The notes under the pieces are model-generated. The model searched no databases. It was not told the origin of the DNA and worked only from the letters and a program-made list of their open reading frames with translations. Shown here in pieces: positions 7,286-14,846 of a DNA stretch of 38,236 nt. The DNA comes from Phycisphaerales bacterium (GTDB taxonomy: Bacteria; Planctomycetota; Phycisphaerae; Phycisphaerales; SM1A02): the NCBI GenBank assembly GCA_044234825.1, contig JBIIIL010000001.1, forward strand, positions 1-38,236. Reading direction: 5' to 3'. Position 1 is the first letter of the stretch; each line of letters opens with the position of its first letter. The position numbers and the translations under genes are program-made.

Positions 7286-9507
7286 GCCGCAGGAAGCGTG
7301 ACCACGCGGGCGCATCGCACCGCGCCCACCATCCGCATGCCGATTTCCTCGGTGACCTTCCGGGCGGACCGGTCCAGGACCCTGCGGCCCCGGTCGATCC
7401 GCCAGCAGGCGGCGTGTCCGCGGCGGCGCAAGGCTCCGCCGCGGAGTGGGGCGACCCGTCGCGGTTCCTCAACCGGGACCTGTCTTGGCTCGAGTTCAAC
7501 CGCAGGGTGCTGTCGATGGCGACAGACCAGCGCACGCCGCTGCTCGAGCGGTTGCGCTTCCTCACGATCTTCAGCGCGAACCTCGACGAGTTCTTCATGA
7601 AGCGGGTCGGACGGATCCGCCATGCCGTCGACACCGGTCGCTTCGGCCCGGTGCCCGAGCCGATGTCGCCCTCGGAGCTCCTTCACGCGGTGCGCGAGCG
7701 CGTGCGCGGTCTCGACCAGGTGCAGGCGGACTGCTACCGCGACAGCATCCTTCCCGCGCTGAAGGCGGCCGGAATCTCGGTCGTCGAGTGGGAGGAGCTG
7801 GGCGAGGCGGAGCGGGACGAGGCGCGCCTGTGGTTCCGGCGAAACGTCTTCCCGATCCTCACGCCGCTCGCGGTCGACTCGGGGCACCGCTTCCCGTTCA
7901 TCTCGAACATGAGCGTGTCCCTGGGCCTTGTGGTGCGCCGGCCCGGCGAGACGGAGACGCTGTTCGCGCGCGTCAAGGTCCCCGACGTGCCCGGCCGCAT
8001 GTACGAGTTCCGCGGCGGCCGCCGCTTCATCTCCGTGCAGGAGATCATCGAGCACAACCTCGGCGAGCTCTTTCCCGGCATGGAGATCCTGCAGGTGGTG
8101 CTCTTCCGCGTCACGCGCGATGCGGAGATCGAGCCCGAGCAGGATGACGCCGAGACGCTGCTCGAGGCTGTCGAGCAGAAGCTCAAGGAGCGGCGATTCG
8201 CCGATGTGGTGCGCCTCGAGGTGGGCCATGGCGCGAATCCGCGCCTGCTCCGGTTCCTCATGGAGGAGCTCGATGTGGGCCCTGAGGACGTCTACGAGAC
8301 GCACGGGCTCATCGACTACGGATGCCTCGCGCCCGTGTGCGACGTCGACCTGCCCGAGCTCAAGTACCCGCGCTGGACGCCAGTGACGCCGCGCGGGCTC
8401 GACGAGGACGCGGACATCTTCGCGGCGATTCGCGCCGGGGACATCCTGGTGCACCATCCGTACGAGTCGTTCGACTCGACGGTGGAGAGGTTCGTCACCC
8501 AGGCCGCACTCGATCCCAAGGTCCTCTGCATCAAGCAGTCGCTCTACCGCACGAGCGGCGACAGCCCCTTCATCGCGAGCCTCATCCGCGCTGCGGAGAG
8601 CGGCAAGCAGGTCGCCGTGCTGGTCGAGCTGCGTGCGCGCTTCGACGAGGCGCGCAACATCGAGTGGGCCCGCAAGCTCGAGAATGCCGGCGTTCACGTC
8701 ACGTACGGCGTCATCGGCCTCAAGACCCACACCAAGACGGCGCTTGTGGTGCGGCAGGAGGCGGGTGGCATCCGCTGCTACGGCCATATCGGCACAGGCA
8801 ACTACAACTCCCGCACGGCGCGCGTGTACGAGGACCTGGGCCTGCTCACCTGCGACCCCCTCATCACCGAGGACCTTGTTGGCCTCTTCAACTACATGAC
8901 GGGCCGGTCGCTCCAGCGCGAGTACCACCGCCTGCTGGTCGCGCCGGTCACCATGAAGCGCCGGTTCATCGAGCTCATCGAGCGCGAGATGGCGATCGCG
9001 AGGGCGGGCGGCCAGGGCCGCGTCATCGCGAAGATGAACCAGATCGAGGACCGCGCCGTGATGGACGCCCTCTATGCGGCGAGCCAGGCGGGCGTGCAGG
9101 TGGACCTCATCGTCCGCGGCTTCTGCTGCCTGCGCCCCGGCGTGCCTGGACTGAGCGAGAACATCCGCGTGCGCTCCATCGTGGGCAGGTTCCTCGAGCA
9201 CAGCCGCATCTTCTGGTTCTCGGGCGGCAAGGAGGATCCGGAGGAGGGCGACTTCCTGATCGGCAGCGCCGACTGGATGTACCGCAACCTGCAGACGCGT
9301 GTGGAGGCTGCGACGCCGATCCAGCACCCTGCGCACCGCCGCAGGCTCTGGTCGCTGCTCCAGTCATGCCTCGGTGATGCGCGCCTGGCATGGCAGATGC
9401 AGCCCGATGGCTCGTACGCGCAGGTCACCGGAGCTGGCGTCCCGGAGGGAGATCCGCGCCTGCTCGGCCTGCACCAGCGACTGATGGACGACGCGCTCGC
9501 GCGCTGA
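7282..9507 (+). CDS. ppk: Polyphosphate kinase 1
   Basis: 741-aa ORF with FLNRDLSWLEFNRRVL, LRFLTIFSANLDEFFMKRV, the GLKTHTKTALVVR phospho-His region and C-terminal PLD-like domains. The GTG start overlaps the QueD-like stop (GTGA), and the exact start is uncertain. Confidence 0.93.
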   Translation: MSRRKRDHAGASHRAHHPHADFLGDLPGGPVQDPAAPVDPPAGGVSAAAQGSAAEWGDPSRFLNRDLSWLEFNRRVLSMATDQRTPLLERLRFLTIFSANLDEFFMKRVGRIRHAVDTGRFGPVPEPMSPSELLHAVRERVRGLDQVQADCYRDSILPALKAAGISVVEWEELGEAERDEARLWFRRNVFPILTPLAVDSGHRFPFISNMSVSLGLVVRRPGETETLFARVKVPDVPGRMYEFRGGRRFISVQEIIEHNLGELFPGMEILQVVLFRVTRDAEIEPEQDDAETLLEAVEQKLKERRFADVVRLEVGHGANPRLLRFLMEELDVGPEDVYETHGLIDYGCLAPVCDVDLPELKYPRWTPVTPRGLDEDADIFAAIRAGDILVHHPYESFDSTVERFVTQAALDPKVLCIKQSLYRTSGDSPFIASLIRAAESGKQVAVLVELRARFDEARNIEWARKLENAGVHVTYGVIGLKTHTKTALVVRQEAGGIRCYGHIGTGNYNSRTARVYEDLGLLTCDPLITEDLVGLFNYMTGRSLQREYHRLLVAPVTMKRRFIELIEREMAIARAGGQGRVIAKMNQIEDRAVMDALYAASQAGVQVDLIVRGFCCLRPGVPGLSENIRVRSIVGRFLEHSRIFWFSGGKEDPEEGDFLIGSADWMYRNLQTRVEAATPIQHPAHRRRLWSLLQSCLGDARLAWQMQPDGSYAQVTGAGVPEGDPRLLGLHQRLMDDALAR

Positions 9508-9508
9508 C

Positions 9509-10054
9509 TCACGGAGTCGCGGATGCGGGAATCGTCTCCGTGCCGGGCAGCGGCGCTGCCGTCGGCACGGTCGCTCCCTCCTTCGCCGCGATGGTGCCCT
9601 CTCCCGAGAAGAGCGCTTCGGGTCGGCTCAGCCCGATGTCGAAGAGCGTCTCGGCGAGTCGGCCCGGAAGCAGGTAGCGCACGGAGCCATTGACGCGCCA
9701 GCGCGTGGCGACCTCCTCCCCATCGCGCTGCAGCACCGCCGGGATCGAGACCTCGGTACCCGTGCCCGGCGGCAGCGTGCGTGACGCGACCCATTCGCCG
9801 CTGTAGCGCCCCGCATCGGTGTCGAGCGAGTAGTTCCACCGGTCCAGCACGAGGGGATCCTCGGTCGGGTTCTCGAGCCTGATGCGGACCGCGTACTCGT
9901 CCGCGCTCGATCCCTTCACGACACGGTCGACGCCAGTCACCGTGATCTTGGGATCGCCGGCGCACCCTGCGAGCATCGTGGCCTGCAGGGCTGCACCCAG
10001 AATGACGGCAGGCGTACTCGGCGACCGCGTCCGGTCCGCACGTGGAGGACTCAT
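9509..10054 (-). CDS. Lipoprotein with LEA_2/WHy-like beta-sandwich domain
   Basis: Signal peptide ends in the lipobox LAGC. The mature part (ITVTGVDRV...YAVRIRLENPTEDPLVLDRWNYSLDTDAGRY...) resembles LEA-14/WHy domains. TAGAGT lies 6 nt upstream of the ATG. Confidence 0.55.
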   Translation of the reverse strand: MSPPRADRTRSPSTPAVILGAALQATMLAGCAGDPKITVTGVDRVVKGSSADEYAVRIRLENPTEDPLVLDRWNYSLDTDAGRYSGEWVASRTLPPGTGTEVSIPAVLQRDGEEVATRWRVNGSVRYLLPGRLAETLFDIGLSRPEALFSGEGTIAAKEGATVPTAAPLPGTETIPASATP

Positions 10055-10060
10055 CCCGGC

Positions 10061-10066
10061 ACTCTA
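10061..10066 (-). promoter_or_regulatory. -10-like TAGAGT, 6 nt upstream of LEA_2-like lipoprotein ATG
   Basis: The minus strand reads TAGAGT-gccggg-ATG. Confidence 0.4.
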
Positions 10067-10147
10067 GCGCGGATTCGAGTGCCCTTGAGCGTCCCCGTCG
10101 GCCGCGGGCAGGCGCTGATTCTGCGGTGCGGTCCCTGACAAGCCCCG

Positions 10148-10153
10148 TAGGAT
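10148..10153 (+). promoter_or_regulatory. -10-like TAGGAT, 6 nt upstream of the GTG start of the giant gene
   Basis: The sequence is cgtaggat-cggctc-GTG. Confidence 0.45.
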
Positions 10154-10159
10154 CGGCTC

Positions 10160-13100
10160 GTGCGCAAGTTCCTGCCACGACTGCACCGTTGGGCGTGCGT
10201 CACAGCCGCCGCGGCATGCGCATCGTGGCACGCCGCGGCGCAGGAGCGCGCCACAGTGGCGGTCGATGACTCGCCGACGGCAATCCAGATGCTTGCGCAG
10301 GCCGCCGATCAGGCTTCCGCCAACCCCGCAGAGTCCGCCCGCCTGATCAGGCAGGTACTCGCGGAGTTCGGGCGCAAGCTGGTGCCGATGCCCGAGGACG
10401 CAGATCGGTTCAGCGATGCGCAGTCCGTCGCTGAGCGCCTGCTGCGCGGGCACCCCGAGGTCCTGCGCAGGTGGCGAGCGCTCGAGTCTGCGGAGGCCGT
10501 GCGCCAGGTTGCCGAGGGAGAGGCGGCCGGCGCGGCAGCGCAGCGGCTGCTCACGTCGGCTGGGCTCGAGGCCCAGCTGCTGCGTGCGGATGAGGCGCTT
10601 GTCCATGCACGGTTCGGCAAGGCGCTCGCGCTGCTCGATTCGGTCGTCGGTCATCCGGACCTCAGTGGCGACGTGCAGCGGCGCGCATGGAGGATCGAGG
10701 CGCTTGCCGCGTGGGGCGCTGGAGACCGTGCGCGTGCGGAGGCTTCGGCCGCGCGGCTCGATCCGGCCTCTTCGCCGGAGGCGGCAGCGCTGCGTGCGCT
10801 GGTCGCCTCGCCTGCGCCTGCGACGCGGGAGGAGGTCAACGATCCGCTGTCGCCGCAGCCCTTCGGCAACATCAGTCGCGCGCCGATCCGGCTGTGGCAG
10901 GAGCCGCTTGACCAGTCGCTGAAGCGGCGCATCGAGGCAGGTTCGGATGCGAGGCAGCGACCGCCGATGCTTCCCGAGGCCGCGAACGAGCGCGGCAGGT
11001 ACCTCGTCAGCGTGCCTGCGATCTCGAGGGGCCTGGTGATCGTCAACGAGGGCCATCGACTGCAGGCGCTAGGCATCTTCACGCGCGAGCCGCTATGGAG
11101 CCTGCTGATGATGTCGCCTGGTGCCGTGCGCGAAGGGACGGTTGGCGACCTGAGCGTGCCTGTGATCTGCGGCGACAGGGTGCTCGCCGTGAGTGGCCAC
11201 TCCAGCGGTGGCGATCGTGACGGCGGCATCGACCGCGAAGGTGGCGGAAGGCTCATCTGCTGCTCGATCGACGACGGGCGCAGGCTCTGGGAGTTCCAGC
11301 CGCGCTGGCACGCGCGGCTTGGCCTCGACGGCACCTTCATCGTGGGCTCGCCCGCTGTGGTCGAGGACACGGTGGCGCTGCTGCTTCGGCGGGTCTCGCC
11401 CCGGCAGGAGACCATCTCGCTGGCGGTTGGCATCGCGGTGCAGGACGGAACGGTCCAGTGGATCGCGCCCCTGGGATCGACTCCGGGAATCCGGGTGACC
11501 TCTTCTGCGATCAGGCCCTGCGCCACGCCCGTGGCGATGCGCGACTCGTTCGTGTTCCACACGGGCGCGGGAGTGACCGCGCGGCTCTCGTGCGTGGATG
11601 GCCGCGTGATGTGGCTCCGGCGCGACCAGGTTCCGATCCGCGATGCGCGGTGGGACCTCGAGCCTTGGCAGCTGCAGCGGCCGGCCGTGTGCGGCAACCG
11701 CATCATGCTGATCGATCCTGACCAGCAGCATGTGCAGGTCCTCGATGCGTCAGACGGCCGGCAACTGTCGCTGGTGCCCATCGGGAGCGGCACGGCGTGG
11801 CGCGGCACGAGGTGGCTCCTTGCGGGCGCCGATGGCGCGCATGTGCTGGGGATCGGCGAGGAGGTCATCTGCTTCGGCGCGGATGACCTTCGCGCACCCC
11901 GCTGGTCGTGCGGTGCCCAGTCCGGATCGCGATCGCCGGCAGGCGCTGCGCCTGTGATCGGGCGCGTGCAGGTCGGCACGCTCTCGGACGGTCGATGTGC
12001 GGTGGCCATCCCAACCGGAGGCCAGGTTGCGGTGCGCGCCGCTGATGATGGAGCCGAGGTCGCGGTGCTCGAGGTGGGTGCGCACGCGAACCCATCGCTG
12101 CGCGATGGGATCGGCTCCATGGCGACCGATGACGCGCTCGCGATGTTCGTGGACTCGACGCGGACCGAGCAGTTCCTCGCCAAGGCCGCAGCCGATGGCG
12201 ATCCCACCGCCATGGCAGGGCTGCTCGAGCTGGCCATTGCGTCGTCGCGGCCCGATCTCGCCAGGAGCGCGTCGCGATTGGCATCGGAGTGGCTGGCACG
12301 CGATGGCGCGCGTGCCGGCTCAGGTCGCCCGGAGCTCCCGGGCCGAGTCGCGGCGCTGCTCGTCGACGTCGCATGCACCGGCATGCTCGATCCGCAGGAG
12401 TCGAGCGAGCTGTTCGATCGGGTGATCGCCCGCGAAGGCGACCCCGCGCGGCGCGCGCAGGCGCTGCTGATCCAGGGCGACTGGTTCGAGCGCTCGGGAA
12501 GGCTCGCCGCCGCTGCCGCCGTGTGGCGGAGGGTCCTCTCGGATGGAGCGCTTCGCGAGAGCTGGATCGCGCCCGCCGGGGACGATGCGCGTCTGCTTCG
12601 CGCCGGCGTCGCTGCGCGGGACCGCCTCGTCGCGCTCGATCCGGCGAAGGCAGGTGCTGCGGCGCGATCGGCAGGAACGCGGCCGCCGGGCAATGGCGCG
12701 GACACTGATGCGCTGATCCGCTACGCACGCACGTCAGCGTGCTCGCGTGAGGCTGCGGAGGCATGGATCGCCGCCAGCGAGGCCGCTGCCAACGCCGGCG
12801 ACCGCGTGCGTGCTGCCGCCACCGCGGCAGTGGCCGTGAACGAGTCGATTGCGCTCAAGGATCCGGCGCTCCTCGCTGCAGTGCTCGACCGGGCACTCGC
12901 CGTGCTCGAGCGCGAAACGCTCCCGGACACGGCGGCCAGGCTTGTGGACCTCGCGGTCATGTCGGGCATGGATGTGGCGCTGCCCTCCCGAAAGGGGGAG
13001 CCTGCGTCACGGGTGCGGGCGCAGATGGCATCCGCATCCTTGGTGCGGGGTGAGCCGCGCGTGGCGGGATCCCAGGGATCGCGCGCCGTGCGGTTGCTTC

Positions 13101-14356
13101 GCGGCGATCCCACGGCCATGACGGCACGCGCCCGGACGACACGACCGACTGATCGCCTGTGGCTCACTGAGCGCGGGAGCCTTTCCTGCCTGTCGGCGGA
13201 CTCGCTGCAGCAGATCTGGCGGCTGCCTCTTGGAGGGCAGTCGCCCACGATCGTGCAGCACACCGCAGCTGGCGCAGTGCTGTGGGAGGCGATGGATGCC
13301 GACCGTTCCTCGCTGAGCCTGATTGACGACGCAGGCGCACCGAAGTGGTCCATCCCCGACCTGGATGCGCTGCTCGATGGCGAGCTCCATCAGCGTGCCG
13401 CGGGACCCGAGCCGGTGCCGCGGACGGTCCGCGAGAGCACGCTTCGGCTCGAAGGAGTGTTCCCGGGACCCGCAGACGTCGTGCTCATTCGCGCCGATGG
13501 CGCCATCGCGGCGATCGACGCCGCGGAAGGCACACCACGCTGGACGTCGAAGGGCGCGTTTCGGGAGATCATCGGTGCAGACACGGATGACTCGGTCGTG
13601 ATCGTGGCTGGGGTCGGCAGCGGCGGAGGGGGCGAGGCGCAAGCCGTCGCGCTCGACCGCGCCACGGGCCGGCCGGTGGCGGTGCTCGCCGATCGGGCCA
13701 TCGGCCCCATCCGGTGGGTGCGCATCGTGGCGCCCGGGCAGGTTGCCGTCGGTCACGATGCAGGCACCAGCCGGTGGGATCTTGCGGCTGACCATGTGCC
13801 GTGGATCAGGGACGATCCCGCGAGCCTTCGGAGCATCGGCATCGACGGGACCTTCCGCACGTTCCTGCTGAGTTCAGAGGCACGTGCGCCGCAGGCGATC
13901 CGCTGGAGCGATGGGAGCCTCGATCCCGACGCGTTCGCGCTGCTCACGCAGCGCATGCCACGCGCGCCAGAGTGGATCGAGTTCATGCGCAGCGGCGATG
14001 TCATCGTGGCAGGCGACGAGCAGGGCGCGGCGCTGTTCAGCCTCGACGGTGCGCAGGTCGGGGCCAGCGTTTCGATTCCAGGGCGCACCCTGCACGCCGC
14101 ATGCCCGGTCGGCGCCGGCCTTGTGGTGACCGAGCAGGCCGGCCGCGTGGATCCGGCCGTGGGCATGGGAGGCAGGGTCCGCTCCCGCCTCCGGCTCCAG
14201 CTGCTGGGTTGGTCCGATGGGCTCAAGATGCTCGGCGCGCCGATATCGGTCGAGGTGCCCGCGCAGACGTTTGGCACGCCGATTGCCATCGACGGGTGGA
14301 TCGTGGTTCCCGCAGGGAAGGACTCCAGTTATGCAGTGCCAATTCCATCAGGTTGA
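10160..14356 (+). CDS. Giant secreted protein: signal peptide, TPR-like helical regions and two PQQ/BamB-like beta-propellers
   Basis: 1398-aa ORF. The N-terminus MRKFLPRLHRWACVTAAAACASWHAAAQE is signal-like. Blade-like G-x3-W motifs recur (GRRLWEFQP, DGTVQWIAP, DGRVMWLRR, LQQIWRLPL, GAPKWSIPD, GTPRWTSKG), separated by Ala/Leu-rich helical stretches. The GTG start is preceded by TAGGAT-N6. Confidence 0.7.
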   Translation: MRKFLPRLHRWACVTAAAACASWHAAAQERATVAVDDSPTAIQMLAQAADQASANPAESARLIRQVLAEFGRKLVPMPEDADRFSDAQSVAERLLRGHPEVLRRWRALESAEAVRQVAEGEAAGAAAQRLLTSAGLEAQLLRADEALVHARFGKALALLDSVVGHPDLSGDVQRRAWRIEALAAWGAGDRARAEASAARLDPASSPEAAALRALVASPAPATREEVNDPLSPQPFGNISRAPIRLWQEPLDQSLKRRIEAGSDARQRPPMLPEAANERGRYLVSVPAISRGLVIVNEGHRLQALGIFTREPLWSLLMMSPGAVREGTVGDLSVPVICGDRVLAVSGHSSGGDRDGGIDREGGGRLICCSIDDGRRLWEFQPRWHARLGLDGTFIVGSPAVVEDTVALLLRRVSPRQETISLAVGIAVQDGTVQWIAPLGSTPGIRVTSSAIRPCATPVAMRDSFVFHTGAGVTARLSCVDGRVMWLRRDQVPIRDARWDLEPWQLQRPAVCGNRIMLIDPDQQHVQVLDASDGRQLSLVPIGSGTAWRGTRWLLAGADGAHVLGIGEEVICFGADDLRAPRWSCGAQSGSRSPAGAAPVIGRVQVGTLSDGRCAVAIPTGGQVAVRAADDGAEVAVLEVGAHANPSLRDGIGSMATDDALAMFVDSTRTEQFLAKAAADGDPTAMAGLLELAIASSRPDLARSASRLASEWLARDGARAGSGRPELPGRVAALLVDVACTGMLDPQESSELFDRVIAREGDPARRAQALLIQGDWFERSGRLAAAAAVWRRVLSDGALRESWIAPAGDDARLLRAGVAARDRLVALDPAKAGAAARSAGTRPPGNGADTDALIRYARTSACSREAAEAWIAASEAAANAGDRVRAAATAAVAVNESIALKDPALLAAVLDRALAVLERETLPDTAARLVDLAVMSGMDVALPSRKGEPASRVRAQMASASLVRGEPRVAGSQGSRAVRLLRGDPTAMTARARTTRPTDRLWLTERGSLSCLSADSLQQIWRLPLGGQSPTIVQHTAAGAVLWEAMDADRSSLSLIDDAGAPKWSIPDLDALLDGELHQRAAGPEPVPRTVRESTLRLEGVFPGPADVVLIRADGAIAAIDAAEGTPRWTSKGAFREIIGADTDDSVVIVAGVGSGGGGEAQAVALDRATGRPVAVLADRAIGPIRWVRIVAPGQVAVGHDAGTSRWDLAADHVPWIRDDPASLRSIGIDGTFRTFLLSSEARAPQAIRWSDGSLDPDAFALLTQRMPRAPEWIEFMRSGDVIVAGDEQGAALFSLDGAQVGASVSIPGRTLHAACPVGAGLVVTEQAGRVDPAVGMGGRVRSRLRLQLLGWSDGLKMLGAPISVEVPAQTFGTPIAIDGWIVVPAGKDSSYAVPIPSG

Positions 14357-14381
14357 CATTCTTGCCCTTCGCGGACATTCT
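14353..14381 (+). promoter_or_regulatory. Sigma-70-like promoter TTGACA-N17-CATTCT for the acidic-protein gene
   Basis: A perfect -35 TTGACA (14353-14358) overlaps the stop codon of the giant gene. After a 17-nt spacer comes CATTCT (14376-14381), and the ATG at 14394 follows 12 nt later with no SD. Confidence 0.45.
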
Positions 14382-14393
14382 CTCGCCGTCCCC

Positions 14394-14846
14394 ATGACGA
14401 ACCGACTCCTTCAGGATCCCTCCGAGGCCACGCGTTGGCTCATCCCCGGCACCCTTCCGCCCGTCTCGGCATACGACGACGAGGATGAGGACGAGGTCGA
14501 CTTCGACGACGAGGGGGATGACTTCGACGACGAGGAGTTCGCTGACGAGGATGGCTTTGAGGCTGACGAGGAGCGCGAGGGCACCTTCGAGCAGGACTCC
14601 GAAGAGGAGGAGGAAGAGGACGACTTCGACGACTTCGATGACCTTGATGAGGACGAGGAGGAGGACGACGAAGAGGAAGAGGAAGAGGAAGAGGAAGAAG
14701 AGGAGGAAGAGGAAGAGGGCGAGGAGGAGGACGACGACGATGATGATGAGGAAGACGACGAGGACGACGAGGACGATGACTCGTCAGACGACTTCGACGA
14801 CGACGATGAGGAAGACGAAGAAGACGACGAGGACGACGAGGACTAG
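14394..14846 (+). CDS. Hyper-acidic poly-Asp/Glu protein (150 aa; 27-aa neutral N-terminus, then about 100 D/E in 123 residues)
   Basis: ORF with high G/C at third positions in its 5' half, in the acidic frame. It has its own TTGACA-N17-CATTCT promoter-like element ending 12 nt before the ATG. The sequence runs ...SAYDDEDEDEVDFDDEGDDFDDEEF...E16 GEEEDDDDDD.... An in-frame ATG at 14331 is an alternative start. Confidence 0.6.
   Translation: MTNRLLQDPSEATRWLIPGTLPPVSAYDDEDEDEVDFDDEGDDFDDEEFADEDGFEADEEREGTFEQDSEEEEEEDDFDDFDDLDEDEEEDDEEEEEEEEEEEEEEEEGEEEDDDDDDEEDDEDDEDDDSSDDFDDDDEEDEEDDEDDED
14670..14719 (+). repeat. 50-nt uninterrupted polypurine (GAA/GAG)n tract
   Basis: Read base by base: the last pyrimidine before the tract is at 14669 and the next is at 14720. 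The tract encodes 16 consecutive Glu. Flanking DNA from about 14470 to 14843 is also strongly purine-skewed. Confidence 0.95.

Noticed and set aside
6895-9336. Very long ORFs antisense to, or out of frame with, recognisable genes. Examples: 813 aa antisense to ppk, 751 aa at 274..2529, 684 aa at 10651..12705, 581 aa at 22522..24267, 568 aa at 34074..35780, 559 aa at 36123..37802, 456 aa at 26674..28044.
   Set aside because: Their translations are Arg/Ala/Gly/Pro/His-rich with no recognisable motifs. Each is fully shadowed by a gene with clear family signatures. Stop codons are rare in off-frames of DNA this GC-rich, so such shadow ORFs are expected.
14467-14843. The GA-rich repetitive block considered as a CRISPR array, a microsatellite outside genes, or a mobile-element remnant.
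   Set aside because: There is no repeat-spacer periodicity and there are no flanking inverted repeats. The block is one continuous open reading frame with codon-level (GAN)n structure, so it is treated as coding low-complexity sequence.
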